This document shows, one piece after another, positions 27,403 through 38,010 of a stretch of DNA of 64,000 nucleotides. Each line of letters begins with the position of its first letter. The stretch's first letter is position 1. Position numbers and translations under genes: made by a program. The notes under the pieces were generated by a model. That model searched no databases, had not been told where the DNA came from, and saw only the letters and a program-made list of their open reading frames with translations. The stretch is from an uncultured virus (IMG/VR IMGVR_UViG_3300021961_008224) (taxonomy: Duplodnaviria > Heunggongvirae > Uroviricota > Caudoviricetes). The stretch lies in IMG/VR virus record IMGVR_UViG_3300021961_008224. The stretch is one strand, 5' to 3'.

Positions 27403-28950
27403 TTAATTAATTCTGATATTTTGATTAAGAATTATCTCAGGGGCGGTTGCCAATTTTTGAAAGATATCAGAAATGTTAGTACCATCCTGTGAAACAGGTA
27501 CTGGTGGCATACCGTGAAATGCGTGTACGTGAGAGGATAAAAACCTAACTACTAAGTTCATAAACTTCATTAATTCGTCCCCCCTAACCATAGCATCTGT
27601 ATTTGGTAGTACGTTAGAGATAAGATAATTTTGTTCAATACCGTATATAGTTGTTTCATCTAAAACAATTTGTTCTTTACCTGTAATCCTACTTTCGTGA
27701 GATAGAAATAATAATTTATCCGCTCCCGTAATATTATAAGTGATAGGTGCGTCATTCTTAATCTCTTTTTGTTTTTGAACATCTTTTACGAGTTCAAATT
27801 GTTGTCCTATTTTATCTTTAGAATAGATAAGACCAGTACCGTTTTTTAACGCCTTATAGTCAATGGCTAACGCAATTGCAGTTACATTTGAGAATTCAAC
27901 ACCTGATGACGGGGATTCCATATATTTTAAAGTTTCAGGAGAAGGTCTTACAAATAATGGAAATTGATTTTCCAATTTAGTTATTGGATAAGGAGTTATA
28001 TTAATTTCACCGTCATTACATTGTCCAATAAACTTAATAATTTTTTGAGTTAAATCAAAAACTCCTTCGGCGGAAAACTGCATTCTAAAAATTAAAGATT
28101 TATCATCATTCAACACATCAGTGTCTATTGTCATATTTTGAGTATTATATTCTTTCTTACCTTTTTCAGGTAGTCGATAAAGACTAACAATATAATTAAA
28201 TTTATTCTCGGCATTTTCAGGGTTTGTAACATTCCATTCAATAAGTGTCTTAGTAAATGAAACACTTTCTTGGAATCTAGTTGATTCTGAATTAGGTAAC
28301 GCAACTTCTCTTTGATTAAAATCTGATAATTGTATAAAACTTCTAGTTGTCTTTGCGTTAATTTCTTTATTTGGGTTATCGGGCATTGTTGTACTTTTAC
28401 CCGCTCTAAGTAATACGTGTCGGTCTTTAATTACAATATCTGTAGTTCCTCTACCCATTAAACCAATATCTTCAGGTTCGATGAATACACCCTTAGTTTT
28501 TGTAATATAATATTCGTTATTTAATGGATTTTTTAATAATTTTGGAGACTCAAGTCTGTTCTTAGATGCGAACATTCTTTGAGCGTTGAAATTTTCGTTA
28601 TAAACTGTTAATGGTGATGTAACAGACCCTTGAATATAATATTGTTCATCATATTGGTATTCATTATCAGGGAAGATAACGTTAACCGATTCATTTTTTT
28701 TAGGGGTTACGTTTAGATATAACGGTAATAATGGTAGACAACAGAATGAATCAATCTCAGTCCATTTGAATTCAGGTTTTAAATCACCACCTTCTTTAGT
28801 CTCTTTACCATTTTTAGTATTTGGTATTGCATTTAAAATTGATTCGTTATTTTTAGTACCAAAATCAACCCTAACTCTATTAAGCATTAACGGGTCATTT
28901 ACGTCTTTAACTTTCGCAAACCATAAAATTCTATTTTTATTTAAATCCAT
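27403..28950 (-). CDS. baseplate hub/spike protein (gp5/VgrG-like)
   Basis: N-terminal OB-fold signature (V.DVNDP....RVRV...P...ESV.V.F) and C-terminal HxH (SHVHAFH); no lysozyme domain is evident. Confidence 0.65.
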   Translation of the reverse strand: MDLNKNRILWFAKVKDVNDPLMLNRVRVDFGTKNNESILNAIPNTKNGKETKEGGDLKPEFKWTEIDSFCCLPLLPLYLNVTPKKNESVNVIFPDNEYQYDEQYYIQGSVTSPLTVYNENFNAQRMFASKNRLESPKLLKNPLNNEYYITKTKGVFIEPEDIGLMGRGTTDIVIKDRHVLLRAGKSTTMPDNPNKEINAKTTRSFIQLSDFNQREVALPNSESTRFQESVSFTKTLIEWNVTNPENAENKFNYIVSLYRLPEKGKKEYNTQNMTIDTDVLNDDKSLIFRMQFSAEGVFDLTQKIIKFIGQCNDGEINITPYPITKLENQFPLFVRPSPETLKYMESPSSGVEFSNVTAIALAIDYKALKNGTGLIYSKDKIGQQFELVKDVQKQKEIKNDAPITYNITGADKLLFLSHESRITGKEQIVLDETTIYGIEQNYLISNVLPNTDAMVRGDELMKFMNLVVRFLSSHVHAFHGMPPVPVSQDGTNISDIFQKLATAPEIILNQNIRIN

Positions 28951-29146
28951 TGTGTCTCTTTTCGTGTTCTTTTAATACTTTATTATAAACAATTTCAATA
29001 CTATCTAAATGTTTGGTTAAGTTTATAATCATTTCTTTTGTTTTTTCGTAATCTTCGTTAAGGAAATTTAATGCAAATAACAATTCATTATTTGTACTAT
29101 CCTTAATCTCTTTAACAATATTGTTAACTCTATCTCTACCGTCCAT
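28937..29146 (-). CDS. small coiled-coil hypothetical protein
   Basis: 69-aa ORF packed within the operon. Confidence 0.65.
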   Translation of the reverse strand: MDGRDRVNNIVKEIKDSTNNELLFALNFLNEDYEKTKEMIINLTKHLDSIEIVYNKVLKEHEKRHNGFK

Positions 29147-29147
29147 A

Positions 29148-31043
29148 TTAGAATGCTTTTCCGTATATATCTGCAGATGGTAATGTACCAGCTGGAGTAA
29201 CTGTTAATGGTTTCATAAAGATTTGTACTTTACCGTTCTCATCTTGTTCTTGAGCTTGACCTTTAATTTGTCCCATCATCGCCTGTAACGCCAAATTAGG
29301 ACTTCCGTCAGGCATTGCTCCCGTAGGTAAACCTACTTTTTGCCATTCGGATACACCGTTAATAAATGCTCTTGTTGGTGATGACCCTTGTAACAATTGA
29401 GCGGCGGCTAATAAAGGGGCTGGAATACCTCCACCAAAATCAGGTGTGACTAATGTAAGTAACGCAAGTATTTCGTCGACAACACTCTTACATTTTCTCC
29501 AGTCGTCGACAAATTTCGCAATAATCATTATGAGTTGTATTAGTTTTAAAATCATAACGTATTTTTTAAGAACCTTTTCTTTTGCCAAATCTTTAATAAT
29601 TTGGGAAATAAGATTCATAATATCTTTTTTAATGATTTCAAAAAGTTCTTGAACAAATAAAGAACCTATTTTAGACATAATATTTATACAATATTTTTTA
29701 AATGCCTTCATAAAGTCCATTAGACTTTCGATAGCATATCCACTTAACTGACCAATAGCTTTTGCCATTATGTATAATGGTAATAATACCTTAGGAGATA
29801 ATAATGCCATCATAATAGCCTTAGGTAAATTAGTTAAGAAACTTAAATCAACACTTAAATTAATGTCTACAGAATTAGGGACTAAAAATTTCCATTTTTC
29901 ATTACCTGTCAAAGTTTCTGTTAATTGTTCTGCCAAAGTTTGTTCGTCTTCAATTTTGGTTAATTTATTAAACTTTAATAACGAATTCATTATTGACTGA
30001 CTGTCTACAGGTAGTTTTACATTCTCACAATCCTCAAACTCAACAACCCCATTTTGTATATTAGAAATTGTGTCGTTAATGTACCTCAAATCCATATCAG
30101 TAAATTCAAAGAAAGATTCATCAATACCATCTAACTCGGCAACTTTAGAATTACCACTAATATCAATCTCTCTAGCACTGTCAAAACATAAACCTAAGAT
30201 TCTTTGTAGAATTAACATAAATTTATTTTCTTCCTCTAACTGACCAAAACCTACTTTAGCGTCAAAAGAAACCGCCCCTGAGATTTGGTCCATCAGTTGT
30301 TGAAATAAATTACCCGTATCAATTATTTTTACTGCTCGATAATAATCGACAATAAAATTGGCTACTTTATTCATTCCCACAGTTTTATTAACTAAATCTA
30401 TTTTGTAGAAATCACCACTAATACCATTACCATCTTGTTGAACATAACTAATATCAAATAGTTTCTGTCCTGAACGCCCATAAAATGGTTGAGGTACATT
30501 TAAATCTTGTAACCTTTCCCACATTTGTCTGTTCATTGAATATGGAATTTGATTGGGTGTTGGGGCTACTTTCTCATAAGCAACTGCCGCAACTTCTTCA
30601 TCAGGGTCACGAGTTAATAATCTTTGTAAATCAACACTTTTAACTTTGATATAAATTGTTTGTGCGGAATATGCCTGTTGTTGGGAACACCCTAAAGCAT
30701 TTATAGTCTCTTTATTAAGTATGTCAAATATTTTAGGTTCTACTCTTAAAGCGGCTTGAATAAACTTAGTTTTAATATAATTCATTGTTGATGAACCAGA
30801 CCCTCCATTAAATTGAACCATACTTAACATTTGGTCCATTTGAGTTTTCATCTGTCTTTGAAATCTCTTCTTTTGGTCTTTGACTTTATCAATACTTGAA
30901 AGTACTTTTTGTTTTGCCTGTTCTAAATTATCACCAGAGTTTTTTTCTAAATCAATAGACGCCATTTTAGTATCAAGATAAGTTCTCGATGCCTTCATTT
31001 TATTTTCAATACTGGCGTAACCACTTTCTAAATCAAATCCCAT
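29148..31043 (-). CDS. hypothetical protein, possibly tail or baseplate associated
   Basis: 631 aa, helical, with a hydrophobic segment near the C-terminal third. Confidence 0.7.
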   Translation of the reverse strand: MGFDLESGYASIENKMKASRTYLDTKMASIDLEKNSGDNLEQAKQKVLSSIDKVKDQKKRFQRQMKTQMDQMLSMVQFNGGSGSSTMNYIKTKFIQAALRVEPKIFDILNKETINALGCSQQQAYSAQTIYIKVKSVDLQRLLTRDPDEEVAAVAYEKVAPTPNQIPYSMNRQMWERLQDLNVPQPFYGRSGQKLFDISYVQQDGNGISGDFYKIDLVNKTVGMNKVANFIVDYYRAVKIIDTGNLFQQLMDQISGAVSFDAKVGFGQLEEENKFMLILQRILGLCFDSAREIDISGNSKVAELDGIDESFFEFTDMDLRYINDTISNIQNGVVEFEDCENVKLPVDSQSIMNSLLKFNKLTKIEDEQTLAEQLTETLTGNEKWKFLVPNSVDINLSVDLSFLTNLPKAIMMALLSPKVLLPLYIMAKAIGQLSGYAIESLMDFMKAFKKYCINIMSKIGSLFVQELFEIIKKDIMNLISQIIKDLAKEKVLKKYVMILKLIQLIMIIAKFVDDWRKCKSVVDEILALLTLVTPDFGGGIPAPLLAAAQLLQGSSPTRAFINGVSEWQKVGLPTGAMPDGSPNLALQAMMGQIKGQAQEQDENGKVQIFMKPLTVTPAGTLPSADIYGKAF

Positions 31044-31048
31044 AACTA

Positions 31049-31420
31049 TTATTTTTTATTTAATTTATAAGAGTCGTCTACTTTTTCAACATCTCTACTA
31101 ATTAGAGATTCCATTAAATCATCATCCAAATCATCGATAGTGAAATCACTTGTCTCTTTTGATGATTTTTCCCAAATTGAAGATTGTAATTTAGATAATG
31201 ATAATTTTTTCTCAACGCAGTCATTAATAATTTTTTGTTGTTCTTTAATGATTGGTCCAATTGTCTGCATATCCTCAGCATCTTTCATTAATGCCAACAT
31301 TTTATTTTGAATTCTTAATGCAGTATTTCTCTGTTCCACAATTTCATTATACACTTCTTGTAAAATTGTTAGAACAGAGTCTTTTGTAAATTTTATTTCT
31401 TTTTTCTTAGGTCTACTCAT
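31049..31420 (-). CDS. hypothetical protein
   Basis: 123 aa; TATTTATA at 31424-31431 (minus). Confidence 0.72.
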   Translation of the reverse strand: MSRPKKKEIKFTKDSVLTILQEVYNEIVEQRNTALRIQNKMLALMKDAEDMQTIGPIIKEQQKIINDCVEKKLSLSKLQSSIWEKSSKETSDFTIDDLDDDLMESLISRDVEKVDDSYKLNKK

Positions 31421-31442
31421 ATCTATAAATACCTTATAACGT

Positions 31443-32198
31443 TTATTTTAGAATGATACCTATAATACTACCGTATAATTTCTTATATTTTTTCATCGAG
31501 TTCCTAATTTCTTTCGTTGATAAATTAGTCATCTCTCGTAATGAAAGTAGGATTACGTTTTTATTGAACTTATTGTTATCGGCCCCCATAAAAATCTCTT
31601 CATAGTTGTCGAACAAATCAATTAACGCATATCCTAATTTTGTTTCGTTATCATTTAAACTTTCGGTATCTATAAATGTTTTTAATTCCTGTTTAAACTT
31701 CTCAATTACCATTGTAGCGTCAACATCTTCATTATCTATAGAGTATGAAAATTTTACATTTTCTTCTAACGACGAAGAAATGTCCTCATATGAAATCTTT
31801 CTATTTAATTCTTTTTGGTCTTTTATGATTTGACCCATTAAATAGTTTTTACAGATAGTACCGAAATAGGAATACGCTTTCTTTTCTTTTGACGGTTTAA
31901 ATTTCTCAATTTTAGTCATCAAAAAAGAATGTGTATCTGTATGGATTTCTGTGAAGTCCATATCTTTTCGATAGAGTTTATACCGTCTAATAATCGACGA
32001 TATCATTTTGTCTAAAGGGTCTCTTAAGTATTCATTATAAATCTTATTTCTTACTTCCCAAGAAGGCTCAACCAAAAACAATCTAACCGCATTTTCTTCT
32101 CGTACGTCAAAATAGTTCGTTTGTGTTGTCTTCCTTCCTCGTTTTTTAGATTCAATACTTTCTGTGTTCCCACTTAATTCATTTGTTGTGAGTTGCAT
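31443..32198 (-). CDS. RNA polymerase sigma factor-like protein (T4 gp55-like late sigma candidate)
   Basis: Sigma region-2-like segment IEKFKPSKEKKAYSYFGTICKNY, comparable to FDP.K...F.YF..I in gp55-type proteins. Confidence 0.65.
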   Translation of the reverse strand: MQLTTNELSGNTESIESKKRGRKTTQTNYFDVREENAVRLFLVEPSWEVRNKIYNEYLRDPLDKMISSIIRRYKLYRKDMDFTEIHTDTHSFLMTKIEKFKPSKEKKAYSYFGTICKNYLMGQIIKDQKELNRKISYEDISSSLEENVKFSYSIDNEDVDATMVIEKFKQELKTFIDTESLNDNETKLGYALIDLFDNYEEIFMGADNNKFNKNVILLSLREMTNLSTKEIRNSMKKYKKLYGSIIGIILK

Positions 32199-33001
32199 TA
32201 AACTTGTGGTTCATAATTTAATGGCCTTTCATCAGCGAAAAAGTATTCTTTTTTAGCCGAGTCTATCCAAAACTTAACCTCATTTTCGGATAATTTATCA
32301 GCACCATATTTATGATTCCAAAAGATTGACCCTTCTCTAAGGTTAATGTGTTTATACCCGATTTTCGGGATAGTCATTACTCGTACAGAATTAAATGTCA
32401 GTCTTAATAAAAATTCGTAAACAAAGGTTAATTTAAAATTAGATTTAATACCACCAAAATCATTAACTAAACTTTTCTTAAACGCCATTCCTGAAGTTTG
32501 GAAGTTTTGATATTCTTGTAGTGTTTCGTTAGTCAAAAATCCAATCTCTTGTGAAAAGTTTTGAGCGAAAGTTGCTTCATTAGTGAAACCAGCGAATGTT
32601 CCTTTTTCGTCTACATCAATAACGATGGGTAAAAATGCTGAAACGTCTTTATAAATTTCAGAATATTTTTTCACATTTTTAAACCAAATGCTTGAGTATT
32701 CATCGTCAAATTCTAAAATTGAAACCCATTCAGATTCTGATTGTGAAATACCAAAATTAACTTGGTTTGCAAAATTAGCTTCGTCAGACCAAACTAATTT
32801 TTTTACGTTTAAGTTTCCAAAATCATATTCAGTTATTTTTTTGGTTAATAGTTCTTCATCAGTATGAACAATAACTAACTCATTTACACTTGTTTGTTGT
32901 TCTGATACAGATTTGATTGCTTTTTCAAAAAACTCGTCAAAATCTTTTGCAGTTGCCGTTTTGATTGGTAGTATTACAGATAAGTTAAAAGTATTTTCCA
33001 T
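32198..33001 (-). CDS. glycosyltransferase, GT-A fold (GT2-like)
   Basis: LSVILP start, N.GI and SILEFDD (DxD-like) motifs. Confidence 0.8.
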   Translation of the reverse strand: MENTFNLSVILPIKTATAKDFDEFFEKAIKSVSEQQTSVNELVIVHTDEELLTKKITEYDFGNLNVKKLVWSDEANFANQVNFGISQSESEWVSILEFDDEYSSIWFKNVKKYSEIYKDVSAFLPIVIDVDEKGTFAGFTNEATFAQNFSQEIGFLTNETLQEYQNFQTSGMAFKKSLVNDFGGIKSNFKLTFVYEFLLRLTFNSVRVMTIPKIGYKHINLREGSIFWNHKYGADKLSENEVKFWIDSAKKEYFFADERPLNYEPQV

Positions 33002-33002
33002 A

Positions 33003-34061
33003 TTATTCTTCAGTTTTTAATTTTGTTAATTGTTCGTTAAATGATTCGTATCTTGTCTCTAAATAATCTGTGAAAAATTTAGTAACACTAGTTTCGAAAG
33101 TCTCCTTACTTGATAGAGATGAAACAGTTTTCTCCATTTCAGTATATAGTTCAGGTTTGATATTATCCTCTAACCAATTTTGAATAAAGTCAGCGGTAAA
33201 GTCGGTTAATTTAGTTTCTTCCGATAACCACAAACCGTTATCTTCGTTAATCCAATGAGGGAATAAACTTGGTATTTTACCAATTACTGGTACACCACAT
33301 TTCATAGATTCCATTGGGAACGTCCCGAATCCGCTAGTTTCGTCAATCCAAACACTCAAAAAACACTCTTGTAGACTATTCGCGAATTCATCCTCAGTTA
33401 ATCCTCTCATATCTCTAAATGTAATCCATCTATATTGAGGGAATTTTAAATAGAATGATTTAATAAAGTTTAATGTTTTTCTTTGGTCTCTTGAATGTAC
33501 CGCAACGATTGGTTTTTGAGTGGTGCTTGTAGGTTTAAACTTCTCATCAATATATAATGGAAGAACGTCAGTACTAACACCTCTCATAATTGAAGAGATA
33601 TAATCTTTTTGGAATTCAGATGTTGTAATACATTTGTAGAACCCGTAGTTTGTCCACCCAAATCCAGGTTGGAGGGTTTCCATCATATGGTCATACGCTT
33701 GACAAAGTACGATTTTAGCACAAGGTAAATCTTTAACTTGTTCCATAATAAATCCAAAGATTTCAGGAATAATTAAAAAATCTTCAGGAGAAATCTCTAA
33801 ATTCTGACCTTCAATTGGTTTATGAGGTAGTTCCATATATTCAGGTCCTAACCACTCAGCAACTCCGACATATTCAGGCTTTTCGTGTAAAATGATTGGG
33901 TTAAACCCGTTATTTTTTAACGCCATACCCATTTGATATATGTATCTTACCGAAGCTCTAGGATTACCTTTAGTATCCTGTACAAATAGGTAAATTCTCG
34001 ATGATTTACTTTGTAAATTCTCGATTGATTTTTGTAGTTTTAATATTCTATTTTGTTCCAT
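33003..34061 (-). CDS. glycosyltransferase, GT-B fold (GT4-like)
   Basis: IIPEI and GFGTFPMESMKCGVPVIG, the E-x7-E-like donor-binding region. Confidence 0.78.
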   Translation of the reverse strand: MEQNRILKLQKSIENLQSKSSRIYLFVQDTKGNPRASVRYIYQMGMALKNNGFNPIILHEKPEYVGVAEWLGPEYMELPHKPIEGQNLEISPEDFLIIPEIFGFIMEQVKDLPCAKIVLCQAYDHMMETLQPGFGWTNYGFYKCITTSEFQKDYISSIMRGVSTDVLPLYIDEKFKPTSTTQKPIVAVHSRDQRKTLNFIKSFYLKFPQYRWITFRDMRGLTEDEFANSLQECFLSVWIDETSGFGTFPMESMKCGVPVIGKIPSLFPHWINEDNGLWLSEETKLTDFTADFIQNWLEDNIKPELYTEMEKTVSSLSSKETFETSVTKFFTDYLETRYESFNEQLTKLKTEE

Positions 34062-34064
34062 AAT

Positions 34065-34349
34065 TTAAAATGATTTTAAGATTTTTTTACTGATTAATGT
34101 GTTAAACGCGAGTTTAAACGGTATTGATAAATTGGAAGAAGCTTTGTGACCTAAAGTTTCATCAATTTCCTCCTGCTCATCCATCAATATCTCTAACATT
34201 AATTTAACTGTTTCGTATTTTACGATACTAATGTGATTTTCACCTGTATAACCTGATAATGGTTCTTTAGGTTCAATTTGAATATATTTGTCTATTTCGT
34301 CGATATCTAAGAAATAGTGTTCGTTCATTATCTTAAGCATTGGTCCCAT
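34065..34349 (-). CDS. hypothetical protein
   Basis: 94-aa ORF within the operon. Confidence 0.65.
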   Translation of the reverse strand: MGPMLKIMNEHYFLDIDEIDKYIQIEPKEPLSGYTGENHISIVKYETVKLMLEILMDEQEEIDETLGHKASSNLSIPFKLAFNTLISKKILKSF

Positions 34350-34944
34350 ATATTTGATTTATTTTTTCTTTTAGTTCTTTTATTGACGATATTTCGTGTT
34401 CCATTTTAATATCTTTATTGTAGTCTGTGTTAAATTTAACAATAATTTTATTTTTTGGATAGTCTAATAATAAGTCAGGATTTGATGTAAGTAAAAGGTC
34501 TATTTCATCCCACATTGAATTTATTGTGGTATTACTATAAAATTTTACTTTTTCAGTTAAACAACCAAATTTAGATAGAAAAAATAATGATGCAGGTTTT
34601 GATTTACCAATTTCATCAGAAACCACTACAATATCGTGATTACTCCTAAACTCAACATAAAATTCGTTAAAGTCATTGAATGTCATTGTTTCGGTAGAAC
34701 CTGCGTGACCAAAGATTTCCATAGGAAATTCATCGTAAAGAAATGAGAAGAATTCTTCATCATCTCTAAACGTAAAATGGTCTCTTAAGTTTAAACTTGT
34801 AACAGGAAGATTCATACCATACTCAAATGGGTTTTCATCTTCTTCCATCCCATCAGTTTTATCCATTAAATATTTTTTATAAACCATTTCTAGTTTACCA
34901 ATCGTATCTCTTAAAACACCATTAATCTCGATACCTATTCTCAT
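34333..34944 (-). CDS. HAD-fold 5'(3')-nucleotidase-like protein with a degenerate motif I
   Basis: MRIGIEINGVLRD, compared with canonical IGIDIDGVL.D. Confidence 0.6.
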   Translation of the reverse strand: MRIGIEINGVLRDTIGKLEMVYKKYLMDKTDGMEEDENPFEYGMNLPVTSLNLRDHFTFRDDEEFFSFLYDEFPMEIFGHAGSTETMTFNDFNEFYVEFRSNHDIVVVSDEIGKSKPASLFFLSKFGCLTEKVKFYSNTTINSMWDEIDLLLTSNPDLLLDYPKNKIIVKFNTDYNKDIKMEHEISSIKELKEKINQIYGTNA

Positions 34945-35684
34945 TGTTCTTCGTATTTTTCTAAAATTTTAGTAATTAAAGGGTTTCTTACTATATCATT
35001 CTTATCTTTAAATTCAAATATTGAAATTCCTCCTGAGTCTCTAAATTTCTCAATTGCGTCCCATAATCCACTTTGGGTTTTATTTCGGTATTTGTCAGAT
35101 TGTTCAACATCCCCTGATATAAAAAATTTACTATTAAATCCAATTCTTGTTAAAAGAAGTTTCATTTGACTTGGTGACGCGTTTTGTCCTTCTTCAAATA
35201 TTAATATAGAGTTGTCGATGTTCATACCTCTCATATACGCCAAAGCAAAAACTTCGATAACTTCAATCTCTTTAAGTTTTTCTCTTGCTTCTTTACCGAT
35301 AATTTTATTTAACAAATAATAAGATGGAAAAATATATGGGTCTAGTTTCTCTTCAACATTCCCTGGTAACGACCCTAATTTCTCCTCCGCCTCAACCGCG
35401 GGTCTAACAATAATAATTTTTTCGTAAGGGGTTGTAGGGTCCGCAATTAAATCAATCGCGGCTTTCATCGTAATATAACTTTTACCAACTCCAGCGGGTC
35501 CTGAACAAACTGTGATTTCACTTGACGTTAACGTATCGTAATATTTTTTCTGATTAGTTGTTAAGAATTTTTCTTTGGTCTTTTTCTTAATAATTTGTGA
35601 TATTAGTTCTTTTTTAGACATTGTTGGTTTATACTCACTTTCTTTTGGGGTTTGAGTTGTACCTTTTTTTCTTCTTTCAGTCAT
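34941..35684 (-). CDS. phoH: PhoH-family ATPase
   Basis: GPAGVGKS, RPAVE, LGSLPG, YMRG, LLTRIG, GD..QSD and DIVRNPL motifs. Confidence 0.92.
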   Translation of the reverse strand: MTERRKKGTTQTPKESEYKPTMSKKELISQIIKKKTKEKFLTTNQKKYYDTLTSSEITVCSGPAGVGKSYITMKAAIDLIADPTTPYEKIIIVRPAVEAEEKLGSLPGNVEEKLDPYIFPSYYLLNKIIGKEAREKLKEIEVIEVFALAYMRGMNIDNSILIFEEGQNASPSQMKLLLTRIGFNSKFFISGDVEQSDKYRNKTQSGLWDAIEKFRDSGGISIFEFKDKNDIVRNPLITKILEKYEEQ

Positions 35685-35745
35685 ATTGATTTATTAATAT
35701 TTATACACTAATGATATTCAAATTATTTTATTTGTGTAGTAATTA

Positions 35746-37263
35746 TTATAAGACCATCACGAGTCTTTTTATCTTGTCAAAGTTTTGAACAATATATGGG
35801 TATAAGTTATCCTTATAATCGTTTATTAATTTTTCCATATCCTTAGGGTCTTCATTTCTAGTTTGGGATTCATAATGATAAGCCACCGAGTTACCCGTAA
35901 AATAGTTTTTTAAACCAGATACTAGACACTTTAGATTAAGTTCAACGTCTTCAAAACAAGCGGTGTATTTTTCATTAAACATTCCCATTTTAATGAAGAC
36001 ATTTTTTCTAATCATTAATAACGCACCAGTATTACCGATAACCTCTTTAGTTGTTGTTGTGTAATTGTAGTAATTTCTAAGACCTAAATGAGATACGTGT
36101 AAAGACTTATCTTGTTTAAGATACATTAAAATACCGTCGTGTTGTACTGTACCATCTTCGTAATGTAATCTAGCTCCTACAGTACCTACATTTGAATTTT
36201 GTTTGAACACACTTAACATATCGTTTATCACATTATTCAATATTTTAATATCATTATTACAAAATAAAAGATATTCATATTCATCAGTTATATGATTTAA
36301 AACAACGTCATTATTAATTTTTGCAAAATTATAATAATCATATTGAAGTAATGTTATGTTGATTAATGATGAATTATCTTCAATAAACTTTTTAATTTCT
36401 AAAATTTCTTCGTTGTTTGACCCAGTGTCTGCCACGAAAATACGATAAGATTGAGAGTTGGAATATTCGATAAATGATTGTAAACATTGTAATAAAAGAT
36501 TAGTTTTTCCTTTTGTTGGAATTATTACCGCAACTTTACCTACATTCTTAATTGGTTTTTCTTTTATCTCAGTAAAGAATGGTGTTGAAGGTTTTAAATC
36601 TAACGGTAGTTTATCACCATATTTTTTTAAAAAGATATCTTTAGATGTAAAGAATTCTTCGTTTGGTTTCCCTATCGATTCGTGAGTTATTTCAAAAGAA
36701 GATGTAACCCCAATCTTAACTCCGTCTAAATAATTTGCAAGACAGAATGGGTGGTCATAATAGTGAAATTTACCAATAGACTCGTCAAACCCGTGTTTAA
36801 TTTTAGTCTTATCAAATGAGATAAAAAGACCATCAATAGTTACCACGGGAATTAAGAAAGGTAGTTTAGGTGAATAACGATTAATCCATTTTTTACTATC
36901 TTTAGGGTGATGGTAAACTTGACCAACCATAGTCTGAGTCATTCTCTCCCAATAAATTCCTGATTCAGGAAAGTAACAAGAACCAGCTTTACCAATAATT
37001 CCATAATCAGGATTACTATCAAAGTCTTGTAATAATTTCTTACCCCAATTTTTTTCTAATTTGATATCGTTATGACAACAAACTACAATATTATATTCAG
37101 ATTCCTGAATACCTTTATTATAAAGACTTGATAGACTAAACTCATTATTATTAATATATTCTATAATTTGAATATTTTTAACACCCGAAGTTTGTAACAA
37201 ATGTTGTTTAAATTTGTTATTAAATTCTTGGTCTTTATGCGTCGAATAAATTACTGTTATCAT
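35746..37263 (-). CDS. two-domain glycosyltransferase (two GT-A/GT2-like domains)
   Basis: N-domain CCHNDI..DGLF..FHYYD; C-domain VIIPTK, LFCNND, TGALLM and EDVEL. Confidence 0.85.
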   Translation of the reverse strand: MITVIYSTHKDQEFNNKFKQHLLQTSGVKNIQIIEYINNNEFSLSSLYNKGIQESEYNIVVCCHNDIKLEKNWGKKLLQDFDSNPDYGIIGKAGSCYFPESGIYWERMTQTMVGQVYHHPKDSKKWINRYSPKLPFLIPVVTIDGLFISFDKTKIKHGFDESIGKFHYYDHPFCLANYLDGVKIGVTSSFEITHESIGKPNEEFFTSKDIFLKKYGDKLPLDLKPSTPFFTEIKEKPIKNVGKVAVIIPTKGKTNLLLQCLQSFIEYSNSQSYRIFVADTGSNNEEILEIKKFIEDNSSLINITLLQYDYYNFAKINNDVVLNHITDEYEYLLFCNNDIKILNNVINDMLSVFKQNSNVGTVGARLHYEDGTVQHDGILMYLKQDKSLHVSHLGLRNYYNYTTTTKEVIGNTGALLMIRKNVFIKMGMFNEKYTACFEDVELNLKCLVSGLKNYFTGNSVAYHYESQTRNEDPKDMEKLINDYKDNLYPYIVQNFDKIKRLVMVL

Positions 37264-38008
37264 ATATTTCTTTAAATTTTTCTACCATTGTTTGGTAGTA
37301 TGGTGTAACCATTTGTTTGTAAGGGAAGTTCTTATATTCATTATCAGTAAACGTAGGTTTAGGCCCGTGAAAATGTAAAATTTTAACTTCATCACTATAA
37401 CCCCAATATGGTTTATAATTGTAATTAAAATCTAAAGATTCAATCTTATCTTTAAAAAACATTCTAATAGCGTCTTGGTCATACGTTTGAAATTTACTTA
37501 AGTTTAATTTAATGAAGAAAACAAATTCGTTATAAATTTCATTCATATTTTTCCAATTAATCCACATTACCCCCGTATTAATTAATGACGGTACAAAATT
37601 TTTATCAAATTCACCCGAAGCCATAAAATAATTTGGTGTTAGTTCGTTTAATTTTGAAACATCATCCATAAACAAAACATCATTATCCGTGTATAAGATA
37701 TATTCGTCTTCTATGTTTAATTTTTCACAAATTTTTGGTATGTCAATTCTTAAGAATGCACCAAATGCGGTAGTGTTTGTTTTGTAATGTGATAATAGAG
37801 AATCATAAAATAATGATTTATGGTTCACTATCGTCACCCCTAAATCTTCTAAATTTTCCAAATATTCATCAACCTCTCCATCAAGTATTAAATAAGGTTT
37901 AATACTTGGGTTAGTTTTTTTTGCGGATAATACCGCAACAGTATACATTTTGATGTAACTCTGATATTTGTTTTTATCGTGATTGTTTACTCCTGAAAAC
38001 CAATACAT
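37235..38008 (-). CDS. glycosyltransferase, GT8-like
   Basis: ILYTDND, INTGVM, DQDAI and LHFHGPKP motifs. Confidence 0.82.
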   Translation of the reverse strand: MYWFSGVNNHDKNKYQSYIKMYTVAVLSAKKTNPSIKPYLILDGEVDEYLENLEDLGVTIVNHKSLFYDSLLSHYKTNTTAFGAFLRIDIPKICEKLNIEDEYILYTDNDVLFMDDVSKLNELTPNYFMASGEFDKNFVPSLINTGVMWINWKNMNEIYNEFVFFIKLNLSKFQTYDQDAIRMFFKDKIESLDFNYNYKPYWGYSDEVKILHFHGPKPTFTDNEYKNFPYKQMVTPYYQTMVEKFKEIYDNSNLFDA

Positions 38009-38010
38009 AA

